Origin: an uncultured virus (IMG/VR IMGVR_UViG_3300001419_000001)
Lineage: Duplodnaviria > Heunggongvirae > Uroviricota > Caudoviricetes
IMG/VR virus record: IMGVR_UViG_3300001419_000001
Coordinates: 1 to 64,000 of that record
Strand: one strand, 5' to 3'
DNA: 64,000 nucleotides
Shown: positions 1 through 7,725 of the stretch, in pieces
Layout of the letters: each line of letters opens with the position of its first letter
Position numbering within the stretch: position 1 is the stretch's first letter
Notes under the pieces: model-generated
Databases searched by the model: none
What the model saw: the letters and a program-made list of their open reading frames with translations, nothing else
What the model was told of the DNA's origin: nothing
Made by a program: the position numbers and the translations under genes

Positions 1-1231
1 CTCGCTGCCAGATAAGAGCCTTGACTGGGAACATGGCACTAAAACCAACACCACCAGAAAGAGTACCAGCAGTTGAGAAACGAAGCCAGTCAAAGTTGTA
101 CTTGGTATCACCAAGATCAACGATCTTATCTGCTTCTAGGTCACTCTGAGTAAACACGGTACCACCACCGGGAGCAACAATAATGTTGTCTAGTTCGGTG
201 TCAATCTGACCAGCAGTTGAGGCAGCAGCAACGGTATAATCAGTACCGCCCAACTCTACAGTTTGCTGTAGAAGGTGATTGGTCTTGACAATGGTTGCAC
301 CCATGTAGGTAAGAGTGTCGGTAAGAGCATTCATACCCTGAGTATATGGGGCACCAAGACCGCCAGCAGCAGCAACGCCACCAAACATGGGCTGCATGTT
401 CTGAACTTCAGTATTGGTACGAGCAACACCTAGGGCACGGATGTCATTGAAAGCACGGGGGCTGACAGCAACATACACACCATTGGTTGGTGCATCAATC
501 TCTTGTAGGCGAACCATATAACGCTCGATGTACTCAAGAAGTTTGAGTGCAGCAGTGGCACGATTAGCCTGAGTTGCAGCAGAGTGACCAAGATGGTTAA
601 ACGCTGCATCAGCAGGCATGTCATAAGAGGCACTGGTAAGATCTGTAGCGGTAGTAGCACCACCAAAGTTACCACCCTTGGTGACGGCAGGACTTCTGCT
701 TGCCATGAATGCACCCTGAGCAATGAGAGAAGCAATCTGCTTGTCTCTTGCATTGGCTAGTGCAAGACCAGCCTGTCGGGCTAGTTCTGCACGATACTCC
801 CACTGAGTAAGCATGAGCGAAATATCGTCAAGTTCAAAGTGAGAGGCCATGGGACGCTCATCAAGCGAAATATCGAACCACTGAGGATCAGTAGTTCCAG
901 TTGAACCCTCTAGTTCTTCACCGGCTTTCCACTGTGCCTTGAGGCCAACGGTTCCCGTGATTGGGAATCGCATGGTGGTACCGCTAGTGATAGCCCGAGT
1001 GGTGACAAGTGGCTCAAAGATGTTGTACTGATCGTACGCATTGAGAACTTCACCACTCCAAATAGGAAGCCAATAATCAGCAGTACCATCTTGTGGAACT
1101 GTGTATTGACCAATAGCACCAGCAGAGGTGTTGGCAGCAGCCTGACCACCAGTTAGCCAGCCAGTAGGAAGTGCGCCAGNGTTTTCACCAGCACTATTAG
1201 AAAATGGGTAATTATAAACATTATCAGCCAT
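1..1231 (-). CDS. Major capsid protein (T7 gp10-like), 3' end runs out of the window
   Basis: Not in the ORF track. Manual translation from ATG 1231 (AGGAG SD at 1241-1245) gives MADNVYNYP...WLPIWSGEVLNAYDQYNIFEPLVTTRAITSGTTMRFPITGT, resembling T7 gp10 FLKVFGGEVLTAF...RSISSGKSAQFPVLG. Directly follows the scaffold gene. Confidence 0.92.
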   Translation of the reverse strand, partial: MADNVYNYPFSNSAGENXGALPTGWLTGGQAAANTSAGAIGQYTVPQDGTADYWLPIWSGEVLNAYDQYNIFEPLVTTRAITSGTTMRFPITGTVGLKAQWKAGEELEGSTGTTDPQWFDISLDERPMASHFELDDISLMLTQWEYRAELARQAGLALANARDKQIASLIAQGAFMASRSPAVTKGGNFGGATTATDLTSASYDMPADAAFNHLGHSAATQANRATAALKLLEYIERYMVRLQEIDAPTNGVYVAVSPRAFNDIRALGVARTNTEVQNMQPMFGGVAAAGGLGAPYTQGMNALTDTLTYMGATIVKTNHLLQQTVELGGTDYTVAAASTAGQIDTELDNIIVAPGGGTVFTQSDLEADKIVDLGDTKYNFDWLRFSTAGTLSGGVGFSAMFPVKALIWQR

Positions 1232-1313
1232 TGCGATAATCTCCTTATGTTTTAAACTTAACAAACAGTAAGGATTAGATTATCCTAGTCCCTTCTCACG
1301 GGGATTGTTAGGG

Positions 1314-2258
1314 TCATCTCCTCTTGTAGCCGTGTTGGTGAGTAATCACCATACGTCTTTCGACGGCTTGCCGGAAAGCAGGGTCGGTACGATACCGAGG
1401 ATCTGAAACTGCTGCTTTCATTTCCGCCTCCGAGTTGAATGCTTGTGCTTCAACACCGGGCTTGGGAACTTGACCGGCTGGTACGGCATTTGGGGTTGAG
1501 ACAGACGGCTCAGGTTGAGATTTCTGAGTGGCTGGTTGAGCCTGCTGATATCTTGCTTGAAGACCAAGAAGTATAGAGGCACTGGCAGGGGTTTGCAGTC
1601 CTCTGTTCATGGCTTCAACCTCAGCAGCAGACAAGTTTTCACCCGCCCACTTGAAAATCCTTTTTAGATTATCCGTACCGCCAACAACCTTGGCAGATTC
1701 ATCGAATGCTTGCTTCTGCATTGCTTGTCTGCCACGAACCATTTGCTCGACTACAATAGGATCTGCGTTGAGTCTCTTGGCAACTTCCTTTCTTGTGGCT
1801 TCCGTAAGGTCGCCATTCTTATCAATCTCCCTTCCCCACCTTGCCCAATCCTGCTCGGTGATATTACCGTATTCTGGATCTTTAGGTTTTGAAATTGACA
1901 ACTCATCAGGAATATTGCTGATGTCCTCAACAACAGGTTCTTCCTGTTGCGTAGGTTGTTCTTGAGCCTGCGGGTCATAATTTGGATTTCCAACCGCTGT
2001 CTCGTTGTATTGCTTCTTAAGTTCGGCAATCTCTTGCCGAGACTTGGTATACTGTGACTGGGCACTCTTCAAAGAGTTGAACCAGTCCTCAGCATTTTTA
2101 AAATTTTGGGGAATCTTTTCCCCTTGGTCCTTGACATACCTTACAAACGCAGCCCTTTCACCTGCAACAACAGGATCCTCGTCTGGTTCTTTAGGCATGA
2201 CAATATCATTACCTACCTGAGTCTCTGTGGATTCTTCAGGCTTGTTTTCTTCTATCAT
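1314..2258 (-). CDS. Capsid scaffolding protein (T7 gp9-like)
   Basis: Acidic 314 aa; C-terminal AAVSDPRYRTDPAFRQAVERRM typical of gp9; immediately upstream of the capsid gene. Confidence 0.88.
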   Translation of the reverse strand: MIEENKPEESTETQVGNDIVMPKEPDEDPVVAGERAAFVRYVKDQGEKIPQNFKNAEDWFNSLKSAQSQYTKSRQEIAELKKQYNETAVGNPNYDPQAQEQPTQQEEPVVEDISNIPDELSISKPKDPEYGNITEQDWARWGREIDKNGDLTEATRKEVAKRLNADPIVVEQMVRGRQAMQKQAFDESAKVVGGTDNLKRIFKWAGENLSAAEVEAMNRGLQTPASASILLGLQARYQQAQPATQKSQPEPSVSTPNAVPAGQVPKPGVEAQAFNSEAEMKAAVSDPRYRTDPAFRQAVERRMVITHQHGYKRR

Positions 2259-2370
2259 TTTTCTTCATCTCCTTTGCGATTGTTCGCTTCTTGCGAGTCG
2301 CTTTGGAACTATCGGGCTTTAACCCGGTATTCTCAATTGCGTATTTCTTTGTGTTATGTGGAGTTTTCAT
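2236..2370 (-). CDS. Small basic hypothetical protein (44 aa)
   Basis: Manual translation MKTPHNTKKYAIENTGLKPDSSKATRKKRTIAKEMKKNDRRKQA; ATGA overlap with the upstream ORF. Confidence 0.45.
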   Translation of the reverse strand: MKTPHNTKKYAIENTGLKPDSSKATRKKRTIAKEMKKNDRRKQA

Positions 2371-2489
2371 CCATACTTCTTCTTCATCATAGGCTTCTTG
2401 CCCTTTGGAGCAACAGCCTTACCCATCTTCTTCTTTCCCTTCATTGGTGAGTAATCCTTCATCATTTCCTTTTTAGACTTCATAGGCAT
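2367..2489 (-). CDS. Small Lys/Met-rich peptide (40 aa)
   Basis: AAGGAGG SD, then MPMKSKKEMMKDYSPMKGKKKMGKAVAPKGKKPMMKKKYG. Confidence 0.65.
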   Translation of the reverse strand: MPMKSKKEMMKDYSPMKGKKKMGKAVAPKGKKPMMKKKYG

Positions 2490-2541
2490 GTTTGCCTCCT
2501 TGTGATAGTGCAACCTTATGGATGTTATGAAAAGACATGGA

Positions 2542-2721
2542 TCACCTTCCTTTCTTTTTAAAACCCTTCAACGTCTTGGCGAGGTTGCATTGACGCTTTG
2601 AGCGAGTTGAAAGATCCTTGGATTGACAATAACCAGAAATTGATTTACCGGCTGCCTTTGCTTTTTTTGTAAGTGCGCCGGGTCTTTTTATAGCGGACTG
2701 AATCCATTTCTTTTTTGCCAC
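2542..2721 (-). CDS. Small basic phage protein (59 aa)
   Basis: AAGGAG SD and GTG start; MAKKKWIQSAIKRPGALTKKAK...KRQCNLAKTLKGFKKKGR resembles a recurrent small basic protein of aquatic phages. Confidence 0.7.
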   Translation of the reverse strand: MAKKKWIQSAIKRPGALTKKAKAAGKSISGYCQSKDLSTRSKRQCNLAKTLKGFKKKGR

Positions 2722-2794
2722 TTATTGCTCCTTTAGCATGTGATCCTGTTTTACGAGTAGTGTGACCGCAGTTACATTTAAATTTCTTAATCAT
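2645..2794 (-). CDS. Small basic hypothetical protein (49 aa)
   Basis: MIKKFKCNCGHTTRK...KKSKGSR with AAGGA SD; overlaps the next ORF by 77 nt. Confidence 0.4.
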   Translation of the reverse strand: MIKKFKCNCGHTTRKTGSHAKGAISGKKEMDSVRYKKTRRTYKKSKGSR

Positions 2795-2804
2795 AATTTA
2801 TTCC

Positions 2805-5800
2805 TTAAATTTGATACCTGACAATCACAATGCCGGAGCCTCCCGGGTTGTTCCCGCCACCGCCGCCGCCAGTGTTTGCGGTGCCGTTTTGGAAAGCGTT
2901 ACCGCCGCCGCCAAGGCCGCCAGTGCCATGCGTGCCTGTGTCATCGCTGCGGCCACCGCCGCCGCCTGCGTAATAGTCGCCGCTGCCCACCGGCCACTCC
3001 GCACCAGCGCCACCGTTTCCGCCGGAGGCCTGAGTGGCGTCCCCGCCAACACTACCAGCACCTCCACCACCGCCACCGCCAAAAGCGCCGGGCACATTGG
3101 AACCATTGCCGCCATCGTTGCCCTGCCCAGATGTGCCTTGTCCTGGCGTTTGGACAACCCGTGCGCCGCCCCCAGAGCCGCCATCGTTGCCTGCTGTATA
3201 GGAATTAAGGTTACCCGCACCGGCGCCGCCCCCGATGGCAGTCGCTCCAAAGGCAACCGAGTCGTTCCCGTTTTGTTGAACCGCACCACCACCCCCAACC
3301 GTGATGGTATATGTCTGCACCGACAATGCCGACGTTCCGCTTAGCATTCCACCAGCGCCGCCACCTGCACCACCCTGAAACGTACCACCTCCGCCACCGC
3401 CAGCTACGATGAGGTATTCGACATCACCGGCGCTGCTGACGGTCAGGGTGCCCGACGACGTGAACGTGTGATACTTGTAACCGCCGGACGTAGTCTCGGT
3501 TCCGCCGGTGGCTTGTAGTCCAGAAACAGCAGTTTGAGTAATTGAAATTGTTTCAGTGATGCCAGTAACAGTTATAATAGTTATTGTTCCATTTCTATCT
3601 TCTGATCCACTGTGTTGAGCAAGATCAAAAGTAACTGTCCCATTGCCAATATATGATGTGTTTGTCAGTGTTATCCAACTGTCGTTTGTTGTTGCTCTCC
3701 ACTGGCAATCAGATTGTGTTTCAACAGCAATTGTTTCTCCTGAATGAGAAGTATCATCAAACTGAGTATTTGATACTGTGGTTCTGGTAATTGAACAACC
3801 ATATTGAGGAAGTGTTTCGTCGGGAGAAACTTCTTCTTTTATTAATGATGCTCGGGGAGGATTGAGACTAAATGGATGACCTGATGGCAACAAACTCTTT
3901 ACTTTATATTTTTCTGCAAAGTAGCCTTCAAGTTCTTCTCTGTATGATAATTGATCAATGGCTTGGTCTTGTGTTTCTTTGAGTAAAACTAATTCATAAA
4001 AATCACCAGAAAAGAAATCAACCAATGTTTCTGTGTCAGCATCAAAGGCTGATCCAATATAAGCAGCATCAGTTGTGATGATGGTATTGTAAGGAATATC
4101 GGAATATTGAGGAGGGAAACCCGGTTCCACTCCATTACTTCTAAACTTTACAATACCACCTATTCTCGATACAATTATAATTACTGGATTACCAACTGTA
4201 TATGCCCCATCTCCTGATAAAACTGTTTCTGGTGTGCCATCGTATTGAGTATTAAATTTAATTCTGTTATTGCCGTTTGAATCATCTAGTATAATTTGTA
4301 ATGATCCATCCGTACCAATGCCACCTTGACTAAAGATGACCTGTTCGTTTCCTGTAGAAGCACCCGGAACAACAACAAATCCAAAAATAAAATCTGTATT
4401 TAGTGGAAGTTGGAATCTATCGGTATCTTCTGGATTCACAAACACATCATCAACACCATCAAAATCCAAAGGAATAAATCCATTCAAACCATATGCAGTT
4501 CTTCCTGCTTGTTGACTGGTTGTTTCTTGAAAGAAATCATCTGGGTCATTTGCAGCATATAAAGAACTGTTTGATAGTGTTGTATATGTGGCTCCATCAT
4601 CTGATGCCGTGAATTCTTCTGGCTTGTACCAAGCAAAACATGGAGCAATTTGATTTGGGTTTTTTACAGGTCCAAGTGTCTTGCTCCAAAACACATCCCA
4701 ATCTTCTGGAATATTGTAGTTTTGTTCTCTATTGTAAAGAAGGGTATTCCTATAATTTACAATGAACTCTTTTGTACCAGTTCCCATGAACTGCGTTTGG
4801 TTAACACGAAGACTTAACAGATCTCCTCTATTAAAATCACCATCAATGTTTATTGACATGAGATAAGGAATGTAACGATCATTTCTTATTACAGTTGGAA
4901 TTGGTGATGCGCTTGGTATTTCTGGTGCGGGTTCATCAAATAAAAGATTGAAATTATCAGATGTAACAGGATTCACACCTTGTTCGCTAGATTGAAAAGT
5001 TAATGAGTATGTTATATTTGGATCACCAGTTACACCAAGGTTTGTAAACGTATACACACCATTTACAGCAGTAATTTGGCTTGTACCTTGCAGCGAACCA
5101 TTAGATCCATTTAGTGTTACCCGAACTGAACTTGTGTTATCTGTGGTTATGACCGATCCATTTTGATCTTCAATAACCAAAACTGGTTGTGATACAAACT
5201 CAAGTCCCGAATAATTTGGTACTGGTTGTGTTGTAATTACTATAGTTGATGGGACCTGATCTTCACCCGAACCGCCACCACCCGGTGGTAATGTTACACT
5301 TATTGGATTTGAATCCACATGTAATGCAGGACTTGCAATAGAGAACCTAAGCACATATGATTCACCAACATCTCCAGTTAAAGTGAGATCTGTAAAGGTG
5401 GCTACTCCATTTACCACAGTAACTGTAGTTGTACCACCCAATGTTCCATTTGCTCCAGACTGAATTGCAACAGATACTTGAGTTGTACTATCAGAGACTG
5501 TTGTTATGTTATCTGCATCCCTAAGAGCAACAACTGGTTGAGTAACCAAAAGATTTCCACTAGTTCCTGCACTTGGTTGAGTAGTCAATACTAGATTTGT
5601 TACTGGTCCATGAGCATTGGTAACATATTCTGCTATTCTTACATCAAGAGATCTAGTATCATAATCTCCAGTAATACTAGCCTTTCCAAATCCTGCTCTT
5701 ATGTAATTATTTACCTCTTCCGCGGTCCATCGGGAGTCCCACGCACCCTTGCGGTTGGCGCGGGCCTTCTCGATGAAGGTCAGGAAGGCGTGGTATCGAC

Positions 5801-5918
5801 GAGCCGTCAGCTTGGCCCACGCCTCTTTGGCAGGATCGCCACTTCCGCCGTCCAGCACCTCCCAGACCTTCTGACGCACCGCCTGCTTCTGACCGGTGGC
5901 CCCGTCGTCGACGTACAC
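2805..5918 (-). CDS. Large virion adhesin/fibre-like protein, C-terminal part (2 Ig-like repeats, LamG-like, BACON-like and Gly-rich domains)
   Basis: Two repeats LV.TTQP...QPV...VNGV.TFT.L; LamG-like FDGVDD...FSGDFYELVL; BACON-like WRATTNDSWITL...GNGTVTF...RNGTITI; Gly-rich GGYKYHTFTSSGTLTV...SGIVIVRY. Probably continuous with the upstream ORF. Confidence 0.75.
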   Translation of the reverse strand: MYVDDGATGQKQAVRQKVWEVLDGGSGDPAKEAWAKLTARRYHAFLTFIEKARANRKGAWDSRWTAEEVNNYIRAGFGKASITGDYDTRSLDVRIAEYVTNAHGPVTNLVLTTQPSAGTSGNLLVTQPVVALRDADNITTVSDSTTQVSVAIQSGANGTLGGTTTVTVVNGVATFTDLTLTGDVGESYVLRFSIASPALHVDSNPISVTLPPGGGGSGEDQVPSTIVITTQPVPNYSGLEFVSQPVLVIEDQNGSVITTDNTSSVRVTLNGSNGSLQGTSQITAVNGVYTFTNLGVTGDPNITYSLTFQSSEQGVNPVTSDNFNLLFDEPAPEIPSASPIPTVIRNDRYIPYLMSINIDGDFNRGDLLSLRVNQTQFMGTGTKEFIVNYRNTLLYNREQNYNIPEDWDVFWSKTLGPVKNPNQIAPCFAWYKPEEFTASDDGATYTTLSNSSLYAANDPDDFFQETTSQQAGRTAYGLNGFIPLDFDGVDDVFVNPEDTDRFQLPLNTDFIFGFVVVPGASTGNEQVIFSQGGIGTDGSLQIILDDSNGNNRIKFNTQYDGTPETVLSGDGAYTVGNPVIIIVSRIGGIVKFRSNGVEPGFPPQYSDIPYNTIITTDAAYIGSAFDADTETLVDFFSGDFYELVLLKETQDQAIDQLSYREELEGYFAEKYKVKSLLPSGHPFSLNPPRASLIKEEVSPDETLPQYGCSITRTTVSNTQFDDTSHSGETIAVETQSDCQWRATTNDSWITLTNTSYIGNGTVTFDLAQHSGSEDRNGTITIITVTGITETISITQTAVSGLQATGGTETTSGGYKYHTFTSSGTLTVSSAGDVEYLIVAGGGGGGTFQGGAGGGAGGMLSGTSALSVQTYTITVGGGGAVQQNGNDSVAFGATAIGGGAGAGNLNSYTAGNDGGSGGGARVVQTPGQGTSGQGNDGGNGSNVPGAFGGGGGGGAGSVGGDATQASGGNGGAGAEWPVGSGDYYAGGGGGRSDDTGTHGTGGLGGGGNAFQNGTANTGGGGGGNNPGGSGIVIVRYQI

Positions 5919-5922
5919 GTCC

Positions 5923-7725
5923 TCATTGACGGTAGGTCGGATCCACCGATTGCATGTAGGAGACGATGTCGCGATCGGGATCGCTCCAACCCGCAGACGC
6001 CTGAAACGTCGCGAAATTCGTCTCGAACGTACTGGACGAGTCGTACCCCTTCGCCTGATGGGTGGCGAAGTCTCCGCCTGAGAAGACGCTCGTGCGGTCG
6101 GAGTGGTAGAGGTTGCCGGTCGCGTCGCCCCAGTCGATCGACGAAGGCGGCGTATCTCGATAATCGAAGTACAGCAGATGCCCCGTGGGATTCGGATTGG
6201 TGTCGTACTCCTCGCGCACCGAGAACTGATTCCCGCCGACGTTCAGGGCGGCGACATGGGCAGGGTCGCTGGTGTCGTAGTAGGCGAAGAACCTCGTGCC
6301 GTCGGCACCATATCGGTGATCGACCACGTTGTTGGTCATCACGCCGAAAAGCAATGCGCCGGGACCGTCGTAGCTGGTGTTGGTCTTCGGAGACATCGAG
6401 AACGACGAGAAGTAGCCCCCAGAGTTGGTGTATCGGTGGAAGTGCGCAGCGATGTTGTCGTCGATCACCACGTTGCTGTTCNGACCNNTCNCACCAAGGC
6501 CGGATCCGAACCCGCCCGGTGGAAGGAACATGTCGTCGTGAAGCATGACGTTGTGCCGGAACAGAAAGTCGTTCCAGTAGGTCTTGATGGCCTGTGGATG
6601 CCCGGAGCCGCATGCTTGGGACGCAAACAGGAACAGATTGCGTTCGCACACTCCCCCGACGCGCATCTGAAGATCGGATCCGCCGCCACCTCTTGCAACG
6701 ACGTTGCCTCGAACCTTCAGATCTGCGTACGAGGAGAGATACATGTTCCGGTCGAAGTAGGTCCGCTTGGGTTGCACGCCTTGACCTGCTGGAAGTGGAT
6801 CGGTGGATCCGATGTTCCAAGTCCATGTCGTCGGCTCGTTGGGGTCTTCCTTGTATCCGTTGCGGTCGAAGACGCATTCCTCGATGACGAGATCCCAGCC
6901 GATCTCCTTGGCGTATGCGCGGTTGTAGGGTCTGGCAAGAAACAGCCCCTGATTGTGGCCGCCGGGATCGAAACTGTCGATGACCACGCATCGACGGAAC
7001 CGGGCGTTCTTGTAGAGCGATGTGTTGATACCGCCCATGCCCCTGACGAACTTGCAGTCCTCGACAAGCAGTCCGGTCATCTCGCCATCGGTGTCGATCC
7101 AGCTGAGCTCTCCGACCTGCTTGAAGCCCATTCCGGGCATCTCGATCGAGGCCACGACGCGGTGGCTGCCCATGACCGCGAAGGCATTGGAAAAGACGGG
7201 TCGCGGATCGGACAACGGCCCCCACGAGGTGACGACCATCGGTTCGGACTCGCTGCGGCCTCGGGGTCCGCCGGTGAAGTTCTCCTCGGCACCGTGCCCA
7301 TGGAGCAGACCCTTGTGTTGGTTCCACGCCCCGATGAACTGTCCCAGTTCGATCGTGGCTGGGGCGTTCGTGTAGGGATTGACGTATTCCTTGACCGTCA
7401 TGAACGACTGCCCACGCCGGAACAACATCCAGTCGGGATATCCGGTGGTTCGAGGGAGGCTGTTGTCGTAGTTTGGGAACCCATCCGGCCGGTCGCCGCT
7501 GTATTGCGACGCCCGGACGTACTTGGACGCCTCGAAGGCATCTGCAAAGGCCCGGATCGGACCGACCGGGTTCATCGGATCGGGTCCGATTTCGGGATCG
7601 CTAGGCAGGTAGTAGCCACGACCGTATACAGCAGCAGCATTGGTATCATTGCCTGTGTTAGATACATAAATTAATCTGCTATCAGAAGAAGGGGATAATA
7701 CAGTCCATCCGTTTACTACAGTCAT
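5923..7725 (-). CDS. Putative parallel beta-helix polysaccharide-binding/lyase-like domain; N-terminal part of a frameshifted adhesin
   Basis: GWTVLSPSSDSRLIYVSNTGND, YPDWMLFRRG, GRSESEPMVV and repeated (V/I)EDC/EECVFDRNG/RGNVV/RHNV turns; ATGA overlap with the portal stop; contains N bases. Confidence 0.65.
   Translation of the reverse strand: MTVVNGWTVLSPSSDSRLIYVSNTGNDTNAAAVYGRGYYLPSDPEIGPDPMNPVGPIRAFADAFEASKYVRASQYSGDRPDGFPNYDNSLPRTTGYPDWMLFRRGQSFMTVKEYVNPYTNAPATIELGQFIGAWNQHKGLLHGHGAEENFTGGPRGRSESEPMVVTSWGPLSDPRPVFSNAFAVMGSHRVVASIEMPGMGFKQVGELSWIDTDGEMTGLLVEDCKFVRGMGGINTSLYKNARFRRCVVIDSFDPGGHNQGLFLARPYNRAYAKEIGWDLVIEECVFDRNGYKEDPNEPTTWTWNIGSTDPLPAGQGVQPKRTYFDRNMYLSSYADLKVRGNVVARGGGGSDLQMRVGGVCERNLFLFASQACGSGHPQAIKTYWNDFLFRHNVMLHDDMFLPPGGFGSGLGXXGXNSNVVIDDNIAAHFHRYTNSGGYFSSFSMSPKTNTSYDGPGALLFGVMTNNVVDHRYGADGTRFFAYYDTSDPAHVAALNVGGNQFSVREEYDTNPNPTGHLLYFDYRDTPPSSIDWGDATGNLYHSDRTSVFSGGDFATHQAKGYDSSSTFETNFATFQASAGWSDPDRDIVSYMQSVDPTYRQ

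Noticed and set aside
430..1149. 107-aa and 79-aa ORFs in the track
   Set aside because: Off-frame within the major capsid gene.
2538..2555. 16S rRNA gene fragment
   Set aside because: Match is limited to the terminal ~17 nt; better read as an extended SD on the opposite strand.
2811..3344. Overlapping ORFs across the Gly-rich domain
   Set aside because: Off-frame or antisense products of GGC-rich codons.
6478..6495. Diversity-generating retroelement
   Set aside because: No reverse transcriptase or TR/VR pair seen.
5610..7674. Long alternative-frame and plus-strand ORFs (312, 506, 523 aa)
   Set aside because: Shadow ORFs of a GC-rich coding region; no recognisable motifs.
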